From Pseudomonadota bacterium (GTDB taxonomy: Bacteria > Pseudomonadota > Alphaproteobacteria > Rhizobiales > Xanthobacteraceae): DNA of 64,000 bases. The stretch lies in NCBI GenBank assembly GCA_023422775.1, contig JAFAGM010000005.1, positions 24,310 to 88,309 on the forward strand, in the 5' to 3' direction. The notes beneath the pieces are model-generated. The model saw nothing but the letters and a program-made list of their open reading frames with translations. It was not told where the DNA came from and did not search any database. This document shows, piece by piece, positions 9,392 to 18,313 of this stretch. Every line of letters begins with the position of its first letter. The stretch's first letter is position 1. Both the position numbers and the translations under genes were made by a program.

Positions 9392-10072
9392 TCAGTGCGA
9401 CGACAGCGCCGACGGACCGGTCTCCGGATGGATCTCCGCCGCCATCATGCCCTTTGAGCCGGGCCCGAAGCGCACCAGCACCCATTGACCAGGACGCAGC
9501 TCGGTCATGCCGAAGCGACGCAGCGTTTCCATATGCACGAAGATGTCGGGCGTGCCCTCGCCGCAGGTCAGGAAGCCGAAGCCGCGAAGGCGGTTGAACC
9601 ACTTCACCTGCGCCCGCTCCAGGCCGCTGGTCGGGACAACGCTGACATGCGTCCGGGGTGGAAGCATCTGCGCCGGATGGATCGCCGTCGATTCGTCCAT
9701 CGAGACGATTCGAAACGCCTGATAGCCCTTCGCGCGCTGCACGCACTCAACCACCACCCGCGCACCTTCGTAGGCGGTCTGATACCCGTCCCGTCTCAGC
9801 ACCGTGACGTGCAGCAGCACGTCAGGCCAGCCATTGTCGGGTACGATGAAACCGTAACCCTTCGAGGCATCGAACCATTTGATGACCCCGGAGATTTCGA
9901 CAAGGTTGGCCGCGGCATCGCCAAGCCCTGAGAGCGCATCCATTACTGAATCACGCTCTGCCCCCGCAGAGTATTCACCTGGCCCAAGCCTGCTTTGCCC
10001 TGTACCGCCTGATGGCGGCCCCACGAGCTTCTTGGACTCAAATCCGTCCGACCCCATGACCCCGGACCCCAC
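9392..10072 (-). CDS. Cold-shock protein with two CSD domains
   Basis: KWFDASKGYGFI and KWFNRLRGFGFL RNP-1 motifs. Start may be ATG 10057. Confidence 0.93.
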   Translation of the reverse strand: MGSGVMGSDGFESKKLVGPPSGGTGQSRLGPGEYSAGAERDSVMDALSGLGDAAANLVEISGVIKWFDASKGYGFIVPDNGWPDVLLHVTVLRRDGYQTAYEGARVVVECVQRAKGYQAFRIVSMDESTAIHPAQMLPPRTHVSVVPTSGLERAQVKWFNRLRGFGFLTCGEGTPDIFVHMETLRRFGMTELRPGQWVLVRFGPGSKGMMAAEIHPETGPSALSSH

Positions 10073-10255
10073 ACTTCAAAGAACGGTCCGCTAGCCCGTA
10101 GCGAAACCGGAACACGCGCCCATCCATGACCACCATGATATCGCTGCGCGAATCTCTTAACTCAAAGATAACATTCCTCATTGCGGCGCATAGCCAAAAA
10201 AACAACACAGACTAAAACTATAAACAGTGTTGCAGTTCTGCGAATCAGTTCGACA

Positions 10256-11017
10256 TCAATTGCCGACGAACGGCCCGAGCGTCTCGCCGATGTCGTGTCG
10301 TATCACCAGATCCGCCACATCATCCTGTTCCGTCGGCTCGTTGTTGACGATCACCAGCCTGGCGCCGCTGTTCTTCGCCATCAGCGGAAAACCTGCGGCG
10401 GGCCAAACGACTAGCGACGATCCGATAGCCAGGAAAAGATCGCAGTGCTGAGCGAGTTCGGTGGCGCGATGCATCGCATCTTCCGGCATCGCCTGTCCGA
10501 ACGAGATCGTCGCCGTCTTCACCGGCTCTTCGCAAACCGTACAGTCCGGTGCACTGCCGCATTCTTCGAAACGGGCCTTCACCCAGGGAAGATCATAGGC
10601 CTGGCCACAGCCGATGCAGCGGGCATAGGTGGTGTTGCCGTGAAGTTCGACCACATCATCTGCCTTGAACCCCGACACCTGATGGAGATTGTCGATGTTT
10701 TGCGTGATGACGGCCGGAATTTTTCCGGCCTTGTAGAGCGAGGCCAGCGCGCGGTGCCCACGGCCGGGCTTCGCAGCTGCAAAGGTCGGCTCCATCGCAA
10801 AGCGCCGCCGCCACGCCTCGTCACGCGCCTCAGGGCTGGAAACGAATTCATCGAATGCAATCGGGCGGTTACGCGTCCACAGGCCGCCCGGCGATCGAAA
10901 ATCGGGAATCCCGCATTCGGTGGAAATGCCCGCGCCGGTGAAAGGAATGATGGTGCGGGCTTCGGCAATCATGTTGCCCAGTCGTTCGACGCCGCTGTGC
11001 AGATCCCTGGCAATCAC
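10256..11017 (-). CDS. cobB: Sir2-family NAD-dependent protein deacylase
   Basis: GAGISTECGIPDFR, TQNIDNLH, ELHG and CxxC...CxxC zinc site. Confidence 0.92.
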   Translation of the reverse strand: MIARDLHSGVERLGNMIAEARTIIPFTGAGISTECGIPDFRSPGGLWTRNRPIAFDEFVSSPEARDEAWRRRFAMEPTFAAAKPGRGHRALASLYKAGKIPAVITQNIDNLHQVSGFKADDVVELHGNTTYARCIGCGQAYDLPWVKARFEECGSAPDCTVCEEPVKTATISFGQAMPEDAMHRATELAQHCDLFLAIGSSLVVWPAAGFPLMAKNSGARLVIVNNEPTEQDDVADLVIRHDIGETLGPFVGN

Positions 11018-11193
11018 CGCTGATAATCCGGTTTGTTGGCGCGCCGACTATAGCACGGCCGCTGGCATCGCAAGATCGACGTGGGCGCGACCACAATCCC
11101 GCAACGCCGCTTCCCCATTCACGCCCCAATCGAACCCGCCAATCGTGAGAGACGCGAATCAGGCCTACGCGCATTGAACGAAACGGATGGACG

Positions 11194-11346
11194 ATGACGG
11201 ACAAGGAAGAACGGCTCTCGCGCGAGCGAGCCGAGATCGCGGCACGCGTGGCGCGATTCAAGGAAACACAGCAGAAGTTCGAACGGGAACGCCAGGAATA
11301 TTATGCGAAGACGTTGGGTAACGCCTGGCCTGCGTTCTCGGCGTAA
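11194..11346 (+). CDS. Small hypothetical protein (50 aa, charged helix)
   Basis: Manual translation MTDKEERLSRERAEIAARVARFKETQQKFERERQEYYAKTLGNAWPAFSA; below the ORF-track size cutoff. Confidence 0.65.
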   Translation: MTDKEERLSRERAEIAARVARFKETQQKFERERQEYYAKTLGNAWPAFSA

Positions 11347-11385
11347 AGCGCCGGCGGAACTGCAGGAAAAATTCGCAAGCCTACC

Positions 11386-11410
11386 GGAACGAAGCTGCTG
11401 CCCGTTCGTT
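11386..11410 (+). promoter_or_regulatory. EcfG/sigma-T type general stress promoter
   Basis: Exact GGAAC-N16-CGTT. Confidence 0.65.
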
Positions 11411-11414
11411 TTCA

Positions 11415-11498
11415 TCGCAAGTGCAGCAACCTTGCGAGAGGTGAAAGCATGAAAGACCCCGTTCGCATCTCTTCGGATGCGGGCGGGGTTTTCATTTT
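11415..11498 (+). ncRNA. Candidate two-hairpin small RNA ending in an intrinsic terminator
   Basis: TCGCAAG/CTTGCGA stem, then GACCCCGTTCGCATC/GATGCGGGCGGGGTT stem with G-U pairs on the + strand and a T-rich tail; directly downstream of the EcfG motif. Confidence 0.5.
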
Positions 11499-12142
11499 GG
11501 GCAGGCCCTGCGCACGTCGCGCGCGTGAGAGCCATGCGATTGCGCGGGTCTGATCTTCTGCCGGCGCAGGAACGATCGCCCCCTTCCCGGTGTTGCACTA
11601 CCGCAGGGGTTTGCCATGCCGATTTGGTTGGAAATACTGGTGAACGTGCTCGGCTACAGCGGATTTGTTGCCATCGCGAGTTTTCACAAATCGTCGGACG
11701 ATACCGATCCTTCCGCACCACGAGACGATCGGGGCTAGCTGTCCGCGACGGCTCGGCTGTCTTTGCCGCTTTTCAGTTATCCGCAGCAAATCCACCGCCG
11801 CAGCGATTCGAAATTCATCAGCCCGCTCTGCTGCTTGCTGCATGCCGATCCCCATTATTCACAGCCCGTCAATCCACCCGGCATCAGAGCAAATCCCGAT
11901 CGGGCGGGTCGGCTGCAGATTGCAAAAGGGAACGCGAGGCCGGGAAGCGCGGGCGCCTGGTGAAGCAGACTCTTTTTGTTCTTCTGGAACGAACAGGGGA
12001 CGCACTTTTTCGCAAGGTCACCCTCTTAAGATAGTATTACCCGGCCGGGTGCTTTTTGGCAGCTTCCGCCCATTGCCGAGGTCAGCCACCTCGCGTCGAA
12101 CCTTTTCGGGATGATCAACACCTATCCAAAAAAGGTGCTGCC

Positions 12143-12316
12143 ATGACCCAAGCCGAACACTACCGTGACCAATCCAACAGGGCCCGACGACTGGCGGAAG
12201 CCGTCAAGGACCCGGAAGCCTCGAAGAAGCTGATCGAGATGGCCGAGGAGTTCCGCCTCTACGCCGAACGGCTCGAGCAAACACACTACACGCATCGACC
12301 GGCGCAGACGCACTGA
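12143..12316 (+). CDS. Small hypothetical protein (57 aa)
   Basis: AAAGG RBS; helical sequence MTQAEHYRDQSNRARRLAEAVKDPEASKKLIEMAEEF; GC-biased codons. Confidence 0.75.
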   Translation: MTQAEHYRDQSNRARRLAEAVKDPEASKKLIEMAEEFRLYAERLEQTHYTHRPAQTH

Positions 12317-12453
12317 CGCTTGTCGGCGCGGCATCGGCCGCGGAAATTTAAGCCTCCGTTTACCGAGTGCTGCTGAAGTGCCACGCCGTTAACCGAACCT
12401 CTTTAGAAAGTGTAAATGCCCACCTGACAGGTTTTGGCCAGGAGGGTCATCCC

Positions 12454-12648
12454 ATGGTCATTTACCCAATACCGGTTGAAGTGACGCAGGCCAGAATTCA
12501 GCTCTTGGTCGATCAGAACGCCAAGGCGCCGCCGAATACGATCAATCAGGATCTTCAGGCGGTCTATCACGCCAAGGCGGCGGCTCTGGAAGAGGCGCTT
12601 GAAAACATTCAAGCCGAAGAAGCGCCGCTGGTTGACGTCAAGGTCTGA
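12454..12648 (+). CDS. Small hypothetical protein (64 aa)
   Basis: GGAGGG RBS and coding-like codon usage. Confidence 0.6.
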   Translation: MVIYPIPVEVTQARIQLLVDQNAKAPPNTINQDLQAVYHAKAAALEEALENIQAEEAPLVDVKV

Positions 12649-12785
12649 CGACCCAAAGAGAACTTCGCGGTGAGAAACGGATGTGCCGGCTCAAGGCTGG
12701 CGCTCATCCGGAACAAGAACTGTGCCGCCGCTCACGTCGGCTGCGCACACGGCGCGACTGTCGGCAGAGATCGACGCAACGCCGC

Positions 12786-13082
12786 CTATCTCGGTATCGG
12801 CTCGGCCCGATAGATCTTTGTCCCTGACGTCTCGGCGATCCGGCCCTTGAGGGATCTCACGAACGCCTTCGAACCCTCGACCGCAAAGTGCGTACGCAAG
12901 GCCGCCTCGTCCGCCCATTGCTCGAAGAAGAACAGCCGCATCGGATTCTGGCAATCGACATGGACGTCGTGCGAGATGCAGCCGGGCTCCTTGCGGGAGC
13001 GTTCGACATGCTCCAGGCAGGCGCGCAGCACATCATCGAAGCTGCCTTCGCGCACGAGAATGCTGCCAGTCACCAAAATCAT
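12786..13082 (-). CDS. Antibiotic biosynthesis monooxygenase (ABM) domain protein, putative quinol monooxygenase
   Basis: SRKEPGCISHDV...FFEQWADEAALRTHF; GGGAGGG RBS. Confidence 0.88.
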   Translation of the reverse strand: MILVTGSILVREGSFDDVLRACLEHVERSRKEPGCISHDVHVDCQNPMRLFFFEQWADEAALRTHFAVEGSKAFVRSLKGRIAETSGTKIYRAEPIPR

Positions 13083-13130
13083 GTCGCCCTCCCGCCTCAT
13101 TGGCCTTCGTCCGTCTTCCCGGCGCGCCGC

Positions 13131-13286
13131 CTAGTGTATCAGACGCGGCACGACAACCGATACCGCCAGCAATACGCCCAGACTGCTGACCACTGACAAT
13201 TTCATCCGCGCTGTTCTTGCATCCGTAATCGGAAGCACCAGGAAGAAAATCATCGCCAACAAGATCAAGCCGTAAACCAGATACAT
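13131..13286 (-). CDS. Small two-TM membrane protein (51 aa)
   Basis: Manual translation MYLVYGLILLAMIFFLVLPITDARTARMKLSVVSSLGVLLAVSVVVPRLIH with GGAGGG RBS 7 nt upstream; not in the ORF track. Confidence 0.65.
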   Translation of the reverse strand: MYLVYGLILLAMIFFLVLPITDARTARMKLSVVSSLGVLLAVSVVVPRLIH

Positions 13287-13419
13287 CATCGATCCCTCCG
13301 CTGCTGCCAGATTGGACGGAGTGATCGATCGGGTATGTGGGCGGGGTCACGCTGCGGCGTGCTGAAAAATCATCGTCAGCGATCCACAATTTTAAGAATT
13401 TTATTATATTTGCAGCAAC

Positions 13420-13435
13420 TTAAGAGTGTGATAAC
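13420..13435 (+). promoter_or_regulatory. CtrA-like binding site upstream of the Flp pilin gene
   Basis: TTAA-N7-ATAAC, one mismatch to TTAA-N7-TTAAC, in an AT-rich region. Confidence 0.5.
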
Positions 13436-13460
13436 GCATCGCAGCTCTGGAGTGAAATGC

Positions 13461-13616
13461 ATGTTTGCGAAATTTCTCCGTGACGAGAACGGCGCCACGG
13501 CCATCGAATACAGCCTCCTCGCCGGATTCATCGCCCTGGCAATCATCGCAGCTGTCGGAATGACCGGACAAAGGCTGGTGGAGTTGTTCGAGAGTCTCAT
13601 TCCCGCGCTGAAGTGA
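13461..13616 (+). CDS. Flp family type IVb pilin
   Basis: FLRDENG/ATAIEY prepilin motif followed by a hydrophobic helix; GGAG RBS. Confidence 0.93.
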   Translation: MFAKFLRDENGATAIEYSLLAGFIALAIIAAVGMTGQRLVELFESLIPALK

Positions 13617-13651
13617 GGACGGCTTCAGCCTGATCCCACACCGCTAATTGC

Positions 13652-13689
13652 AAAGGAAAAAGCCCGGATTGCTCCGGACTCTTCCTTTT
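13652..13689 (-). terminator. Intrinsic terminator, probably bidirectional
   Basis: Minus strand AAAAGGAAGAGTCCGGA-GCAA-TCCGGGCTTTTTCCTTT between convergent genes. Confidence 0.75.
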
Positions 13690-13963
13690 ACCAGGCGTCG
13701 TAGTATCGATAGTGGTGACGTCGATAGTACCGCGGGCCATCATCGTAATAGGCATACGGTCCACCGCGATAATGGCCATATCGCGGGCCATAATAGTAGC
13801 CGTTGTTGGCAGCGCTCGCTGCCGCTGCGGCGCCCAGCACGCCCGCCGCTACACCGAAGCCGATAGCAGCGTTACGCCCGCCACGGGCCTCCGCCGGAGA
13901 AGTTGCGACAGCTGACGTCGCAAGCGCCGCGACGGCTGCGAGAGTAAGTCCTATCCTTCGCAT
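13688..13963 (-). CDS. Secreted Gly/Tyr-rich small protein
   Basis: Signal peptide ending PAEA, glycine-zipper-like segment, Tyr-rich tail; AAGGAG RBS. Confidence 0.8.
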   Translation of the reverse strand: MRRIGLTLAAVAALATSAVATSPAEARGGRNAAIGFGVAAGVLGAAAAASAANNGYYYGPRYGHYRGGPYAYYDDGPRYYRRHHYRYYDAW

Positions 13964-14224
13964 GTTCTGCTCCTTCCGTTGCGAGGGGTTAACCCCTGCC
14001 GGGCGGCCTTGTTGCCGGAACCAGGGTGCGAAATTTTCGGGTTCATGCGAAACTTCTTCGCGTTCCCATGACTGCCAAAGCGATGCCGGGCGGAATGCAA
14101 AGTGCGCGGCTCACGGCAAGAACCTCCCTGCCCCTGGCTGCATTTTGCTGCTATTCAGAGCTTCAGAGCCCCTGGCGCTCGAACCAACGACACGTCCGCA
14201 ATCGTTCTCAGGAGGATATGAAAC

Positions 14225-14677
14225 ATGCGTTATCTCCACACCATGCTGCGCGTCCGCAATCTCGACGTCGCGATGAAGTTTTACCGGGATGCGCTGGGGC
14301 TGAAGGAAGTTCGCCGCGTCGACAACGACAAGGGCCGGTTCACGCTGGTGTTCCTGTGCGCGCCGGAGGACGAAGGCCTGTTCAAGGCGGCGCCCCAGAA
14401 TCGCGGCGCGCCGCTGGTCGAACTCACCTACAATTGGGACGAGGAGAAATACGGCGAGGACCGCCACTTCGGCCACCTCGCCTATGAGGTCGACGACATC
14501 TACGCGACCTGCGACCGCCTGATGAAGGCCGGCATCACCATCAACCGGCCGCCACGCGACGGCAACATGGCGTTCGTCCGTTCGCCCGATCTGCATTCGA
14601 TCGAGCTGTTGCAGAAGGGCGACCCGAAGCCGCACGCCGAGCCGTGGGCCTCGATGCCGAACACCGGCCATTGGTAG
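14225..14677 (+). CDS. gloA: Lactoylglutathione lyase (glyoxalase I, VOC family)
   Basis: YLHTMLRV, ELTYNWD, FGHLAY and PD..SIEL motifs. Confidence 0.9.
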   Translation: MRYLHTMLRVRNLDVAMKFYRDALGLKEVRRVDNDKGRFTLVFLCAPEDEGLFKAAPQNRGAPLVELTYNWDEEKYGEDRHFGHLAYEVDDIYATCDRLMKAGITINRPPRDGNMAFVRSPDLHSIELLQKGDPKPHAEPWASMPNTGHW

Positions 14678-14784
14678 GGTATGCGAAGCCGTCGATCGCG
14701 ACGGCTGCTTCCTCGAATTCGGTTGTCGCTCGCGAAAATTCCGACATCGAGAAACGTTCCCTCGCCGGACGACAATTCCGTGCA

Positions 14785-14809
14785 GGAACCACGCATGTTG
14801 AATGGCGTT
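14785..14809 (+). promoter_or_regulatory. EcfG/sigma-T type general stress promoter
   Basis: Exact GGAAC-N16-CGTT, 32 nt upstream of a small ORF. Confidence 0.7.
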
Positions 14810-14841
14810 GTCTTCGCGATTGAGAGATCGAGGAGACAGCA

Positions 14842-14922
14842 ATGGGACGAGGAATATTGCTTTGGCTGCTGGGTGTGCCGATCCCGGTGATCATCCTTTT
14901 ATGGTTGTTCTTCGGCCACTGA
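14842..14922 (+). CDS. 26-aa single-TM small membrane peptide
   Basis: AGGAGA RBS; MGRGILLWLLGVPIPVIILLWLFFGH; not in the ORF track. Confidence 0.8.
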   Translation: MGRGILLWLLGVPIPVIILLWLFFGH

Positions 14923-15101
14923 CCGGCTGACACAGCGACGCGCCGGGTTACATGCCAGGCCAGGATCGGGCTTCGCCGCCATGCGGCGGGGCCCGATTTT
15001 TCATGCCTGATTTTGCGACCGTGCCTTGCGCGCAAGCCTGGAGCTTTTTTGCCGGTCTTCGGCTATGAACGCTTCAACGAGATCAATGGGGGCGAAAGCG
15101 C

Positions 15102-15749
15102 GTGGCCGACAGCAAGAAGCAACAACTCACCATCTGGGGCCGGGCCAATTCGGTCAACGTGCAAAAAGTGCTGTGGTGCCTTGCCGAACTCGGTCTTGCC
15201 TATGGGCGCATCGACGCCGGCATGCAGTTCGGCAAGAACAACGAGGCGCCCTATCTGGCGATGAATCCCAATGGCCGCGTGCCGACGCTGGTGGATGGCG
15301 ATTATGTGCTGTGGGAATCCAATTCCGTGATGCGCTATCTCTGCATGGCCTATGGGCCGACCTCGCCGATCTATCCGGCCTCGCCGAAGGCGCGCGCCGG
15401 CGTCGACCGCTGGCTCGACTGGACACTCTCGACGCTGCAGCCTGTCGACCGGCCGGTGTTCTGGGCGCTGGTGCGAACGCCCCCCGAACAGCGCGACATG
15501 GTTGCGATCCAGAAGGATGCCGACGCGGAGGCCCTGGTCTGGCGGATCGTCGAGGCGCAGCTGGCGACACGGCGCTTCATCGAGGGCGACCAGTTCACCA
15601 TCGCCGACATCGCGCTCGGCGCCTATGCGCGCCGCTGGCTGGGGGTCGAAGGCATCACCAGGCCTGCGCTGCCCAACCTCGAACGCTGGTTTGCCCAGTT
15701 CGCGGCCCGCCCCGGCTTCGTCCAGTTCATCGCGCCGCCGATGAGCTGA
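15102..15749 (+). CDS. Glutathione S-transferase family protein
   Basis: WGRANSVNVQKV, NPNGRVPTL, LWESNSV and FTIADI motifs. Confidence 0.93.
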   Translation: MADSKKQQLTIWGRANSVNVQKVLWCLAELGLAYGRIDAGMQFGKNNEAPYLAMNPNGRVPTLVDGDYVLWESNSVMRYLCMAYGPTSPIYPASPKARAGVDRWLDWTLSTLQPVDRPVFWALVRTPPEQRDMVAIQKDADAEALVWRIVEAQLATRRFIEGDQFTIADIALGAYARRWLGVEGITRPALPNLERWFAQFAARPGFVQFIAPPMS

Positions 15750-15759
15750 CAGCGCTTCT

Positions 15760-16011
15760 TCAGCGCGAACCGCTGGAAACGCCGGCGCCGATGCTGATCG
15801 CGCCGCCGATCTTCATGCAGGTATTGCTGCCTTCGACCCTGACGAAGCCCGCGCCATATTCGGCGCATGAATTGGCTGACCTTGCGCCCTTCAGCGGCAG
15901 CATCTTGCCGGAGGTCGCAGACTTGTCGGGCCGGGGAGAACGGGCTTGTTCGGCGAACGCGGCGCTTGCTGGTAGCAGCACGGCAGCGATGACGAGCAGG
16001 GATTTTCGCAT
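15760..16011 (-). CDS. Small secreted protein carrying the alphaproteobacterial porin N-terminal Cys motif
   Basis: Signal peptide plus CAEYGAGFVRVEGSNTCMKIGG. Confidence 0.75.
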   Translation of the reverse strand: MRKSLLVIAAVLLPASAAFAEQARSPRPDKSATSGKMLPLKGARSANSCAEYGAGFVRVEGSNTCMKIGGAISIGAGVSSGSR

Positions 16012-16047
16012 CCCGCCTTTTAACGTCCCTCGCCCATGCGCGCCAGA

Positions 16048-16308
16048 TCAGCGGACGAACTTGATGCCGACCGATTTGCCGCGGCGCCAGACCACTTCGC
16101 AGGAGCGTCCGGTCCTGGCGTCACGCGAGAATGCCAGCCGCAGCCTGGCCGGCAGCGAATTGGGGTCGTCGATCGCGAGATTCGCGCCCGTCGCGGAGAG
16201 ATTCTTCACCACGCATTGGCGCGCGGCAAAACCGCCTTCGAGTGTGATCCACCCGGGCTGATGCATTGATTTGCGCGCATCGCGCTTTTTGGTCGATTGC
16301 AAAGCCAT
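16048..16308 (-). CDS. Stand-alone PilZ domain protein
   Basis: KRDAR and NLSATG motifs; CEVVWRRGKSVGIKF. Confidence 0.88.
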   Translation of the reverse strand: MALQSTKKRDARKSMHQPGWITLEGGFAARQCVVKNLSATGANLAIDDPNSLPARLRLAFSRDARTGRSCEVVWRRGKSVGIKFVR

Positions 16309-16561
16309 GTCGAAAGTTCCCCTGGCCAGGGACGTTACCCGATGCGGCTTTAGAAACCGTTGCGGAATACCCGCGTCTTTCGACAATCGACCTCAGGCCC
16401 GGACTGGCCTGCAAAATGGCGGAAAAAGGGGTTTTCGGGCGACTTGCCCACCCGGCCAAACGCCACTATACGTTCGCCCGTCGCCGCCTCCATGGAACAT
16501 GATCGCCGGCGTCCAACGCGGCCTATCAAGTGCATAACACATTGATTTTCCGGTTGTTTTA

Positions 16562-16636
16562 GCTCCCTTCGTCTATCGGTCAGGACGCCACCCTTTCACG
16601 GTGGAGAGAGCGGTTCGATTCCGCTAGGGAGCGCCA
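16562..16636 (+). tRNA. tRNA-Glu (anticodon TTC)
   Basis: GCTCCCTTCGTCTATCGGTCAGGACGCCACCCTTTCACGGTGGAGAGAGCGGTTCGATTCCGCTAGGGAGCGCCA cloverleaf with CCA. Confidence 0.98.
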
Positions 16637-16948
16637 AGATTTTTGGACGCCTGTACCGATTACCCTCCAGTGTCCCAGCAAACGGCACCACCTGAGGCGG
16701 TGAGGCACATTCGCTCTTCATCTGGGTCGAAACAAATCAACGCCATCGTACCTCGGCATCCGCCGTTCCTGCGCAACGCACGCCGGCTGTCACTGATTGC
16801 CCCGACGTTCTCTGGTCCCTGCTCTGCCTCGTGCAAAAGGCATGGCAACCGAACGCTGCACCACCGGCCGAAACAGCGCCTCTCGCAGTCTGTGCACAGA
16901 AAGACCACTTCCTGATCGCGTTCCGTCGAAAAATAAAGAGACCTACTT

Positions 16949-16976
16949 AGCCCCTCCGGCCGGCGGGGTCTTTTTT
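16949..16976 (+). terminator. Probable intrinsic terminator
   Basis: GCCCCTCCG/CGGCGGGGT stem followed by a 6-T run. Confidence 0.55.
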
Positions 16977-16980
16977 GTAT

Positions 16981-17763
16981 CTAGGCAGCCGTCTTGGAGA
17001 AAACAAAATTGTTGCAGTAGTCCTTCTGCTTCCAAAACCACGGACCGTCTTGGCGCTGGTGAACGATCTCGCTGAAGGCAGCCAGCGGGTGGAGACGATT
17101 CCGAAATACGAACTGACCTTTGTACCCAAGGTTTTCGAGAAAGGAGAAAACGTCGCGGACGGTGACCCGGTCGAGGTGACGGTTCTCGCACTCGAAAACC
17201 AGAAGCGGTGAATTCTGTCGCAAGATACGTTCGGCACCATGAAACACACCAAGCTCGGCTCCCTCGACGTCGACCTTCAGGACGGATATCTGGTCCTTCT
17301 CGTCGAAGTACTGATCCAGCGAAACAACCGGTACCGAGACGACTGAAAAGCTTTCGTTTTGTGATGCGCCTCGGTAGAGCGAGGCTCCTGGCTGGTGTCC
17401 CTCCGGGATGAACAACTCCTGGATTCCAGATCCGGAATGGACGGCGACGGCCTCGACCCTGACGTTGTCAAGACGGATCGTGGCGCAAACATTGGCGAGA
17501 CGATGAGCTAGCTGTTCCTGGGGTTCGAACGCGACCACGCGGCCGCGAGGACACCAACGCGACAGCCAATAGACAAAGCTACCTTTGTTTGCCCCGATGT
17601 CACAAGCAATGCCGTTGCTGCTGATGTGCTGCTTGATAATGGCCAGTTCGGCCCGGTGATCTCGAAAGCGCGCTTTCAGTGCCCGAACGATGAAGCGGGA
17701 TATTTCGCCAAACTTAGCCCTGTCACCGTCAACCGCTCGACGCCCGCCATTTGACAAATCCAT
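16981..17763 (-). CDS. FkbM family methyltransferase
   Basis: DIGANKG, AFEP and LKVDVEGAE motifs; AGGAG RBS. Confidence 0.9.
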   Translation of the reverse strand: MDLSNGGRRAVDGDRAKFGEISRFIVRALKARFRDHRAELAIIKQHISSNGIACDIGANKGSFVYWLSRWCPRGRVVAFEPQEQLAHRLANVCATIRLDNVRVEAVAVHSGSGIQELFIPEGHQPGASLYRGASQNESFSVVSVPVVSLDQYFDEKDQISVLKVDVEGAELGVFHGAERILRQNSPLLVFECENRHLDRVTVRDVFSFLENLGYKGQFVFRNRLHPLAAFSEIVHQRQDGPWFWKQKDYCNNFVFSKTAA

Positions 17764-18123
17764 CTCCTACAACCTCACGGTGAAAATTCCATAAGAGGAG
17801 GTATATAGGAGTATGTGGATTCGGAACGCTATGGTTTTTCGCCCATAGATCAGCACCACCATCCCTTACCCGTTCCGGGCGGAGATACCCCTATTCTCGT
17901 TTTGAGCACCTTGCTGGCGACGTCATCGACGGTACCGGCGCGACAGAGGATTTCCGCAGACTGTCCGTGCTCGCCGGAAAGTATGGGGATGCCGCGAACG
18001 AGCCTTTCCCGCTCGAAGTGTTCGCATGGGGCGAACACCAATGCTCGAGCAGCCCGTGCCTGGCTGTCCCTCGCGTGGACGCCGTCCTATGATGCCCCTC
18101 CCCGACAGCTTTTGCGACAACAC

Positions 18124-18237
18124 ATGCGCGACTACACGTTCAAGGAGAAGGCCAGAATAACTGCCGGCGCTGTTGCCGCGCTGGTCATCGTGGCATGGCT
18201 TGCCGTTGTCGCGCTGGGCATCCTGTCATCAGGCTAG
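18124..18237 (+). CDS. Putative 37-aa single-TM small protein
   Basis: MRDYTFKEKARITAGAVAALVIVAWLAVVALGILSSG; no clear RBS. Confidence 0.45.
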   Translation: MRDYTFKEKARITAGAVAALVIVAWLAVVALGILSSG

Positions 18238-18313
18238 GAGAACATATGGCGACAGCTCGGGAACTTTGTTCTACTGCGGAGAACAACGCCTCCAATTCAA
18301 GGCTCGCAAGTTG

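Noticed and set aside
17815..18123. Short ORFs between FkbM and the hydrolase
   Set aside because: No recognisable motifs, RBS or coding bias; at most remnants.
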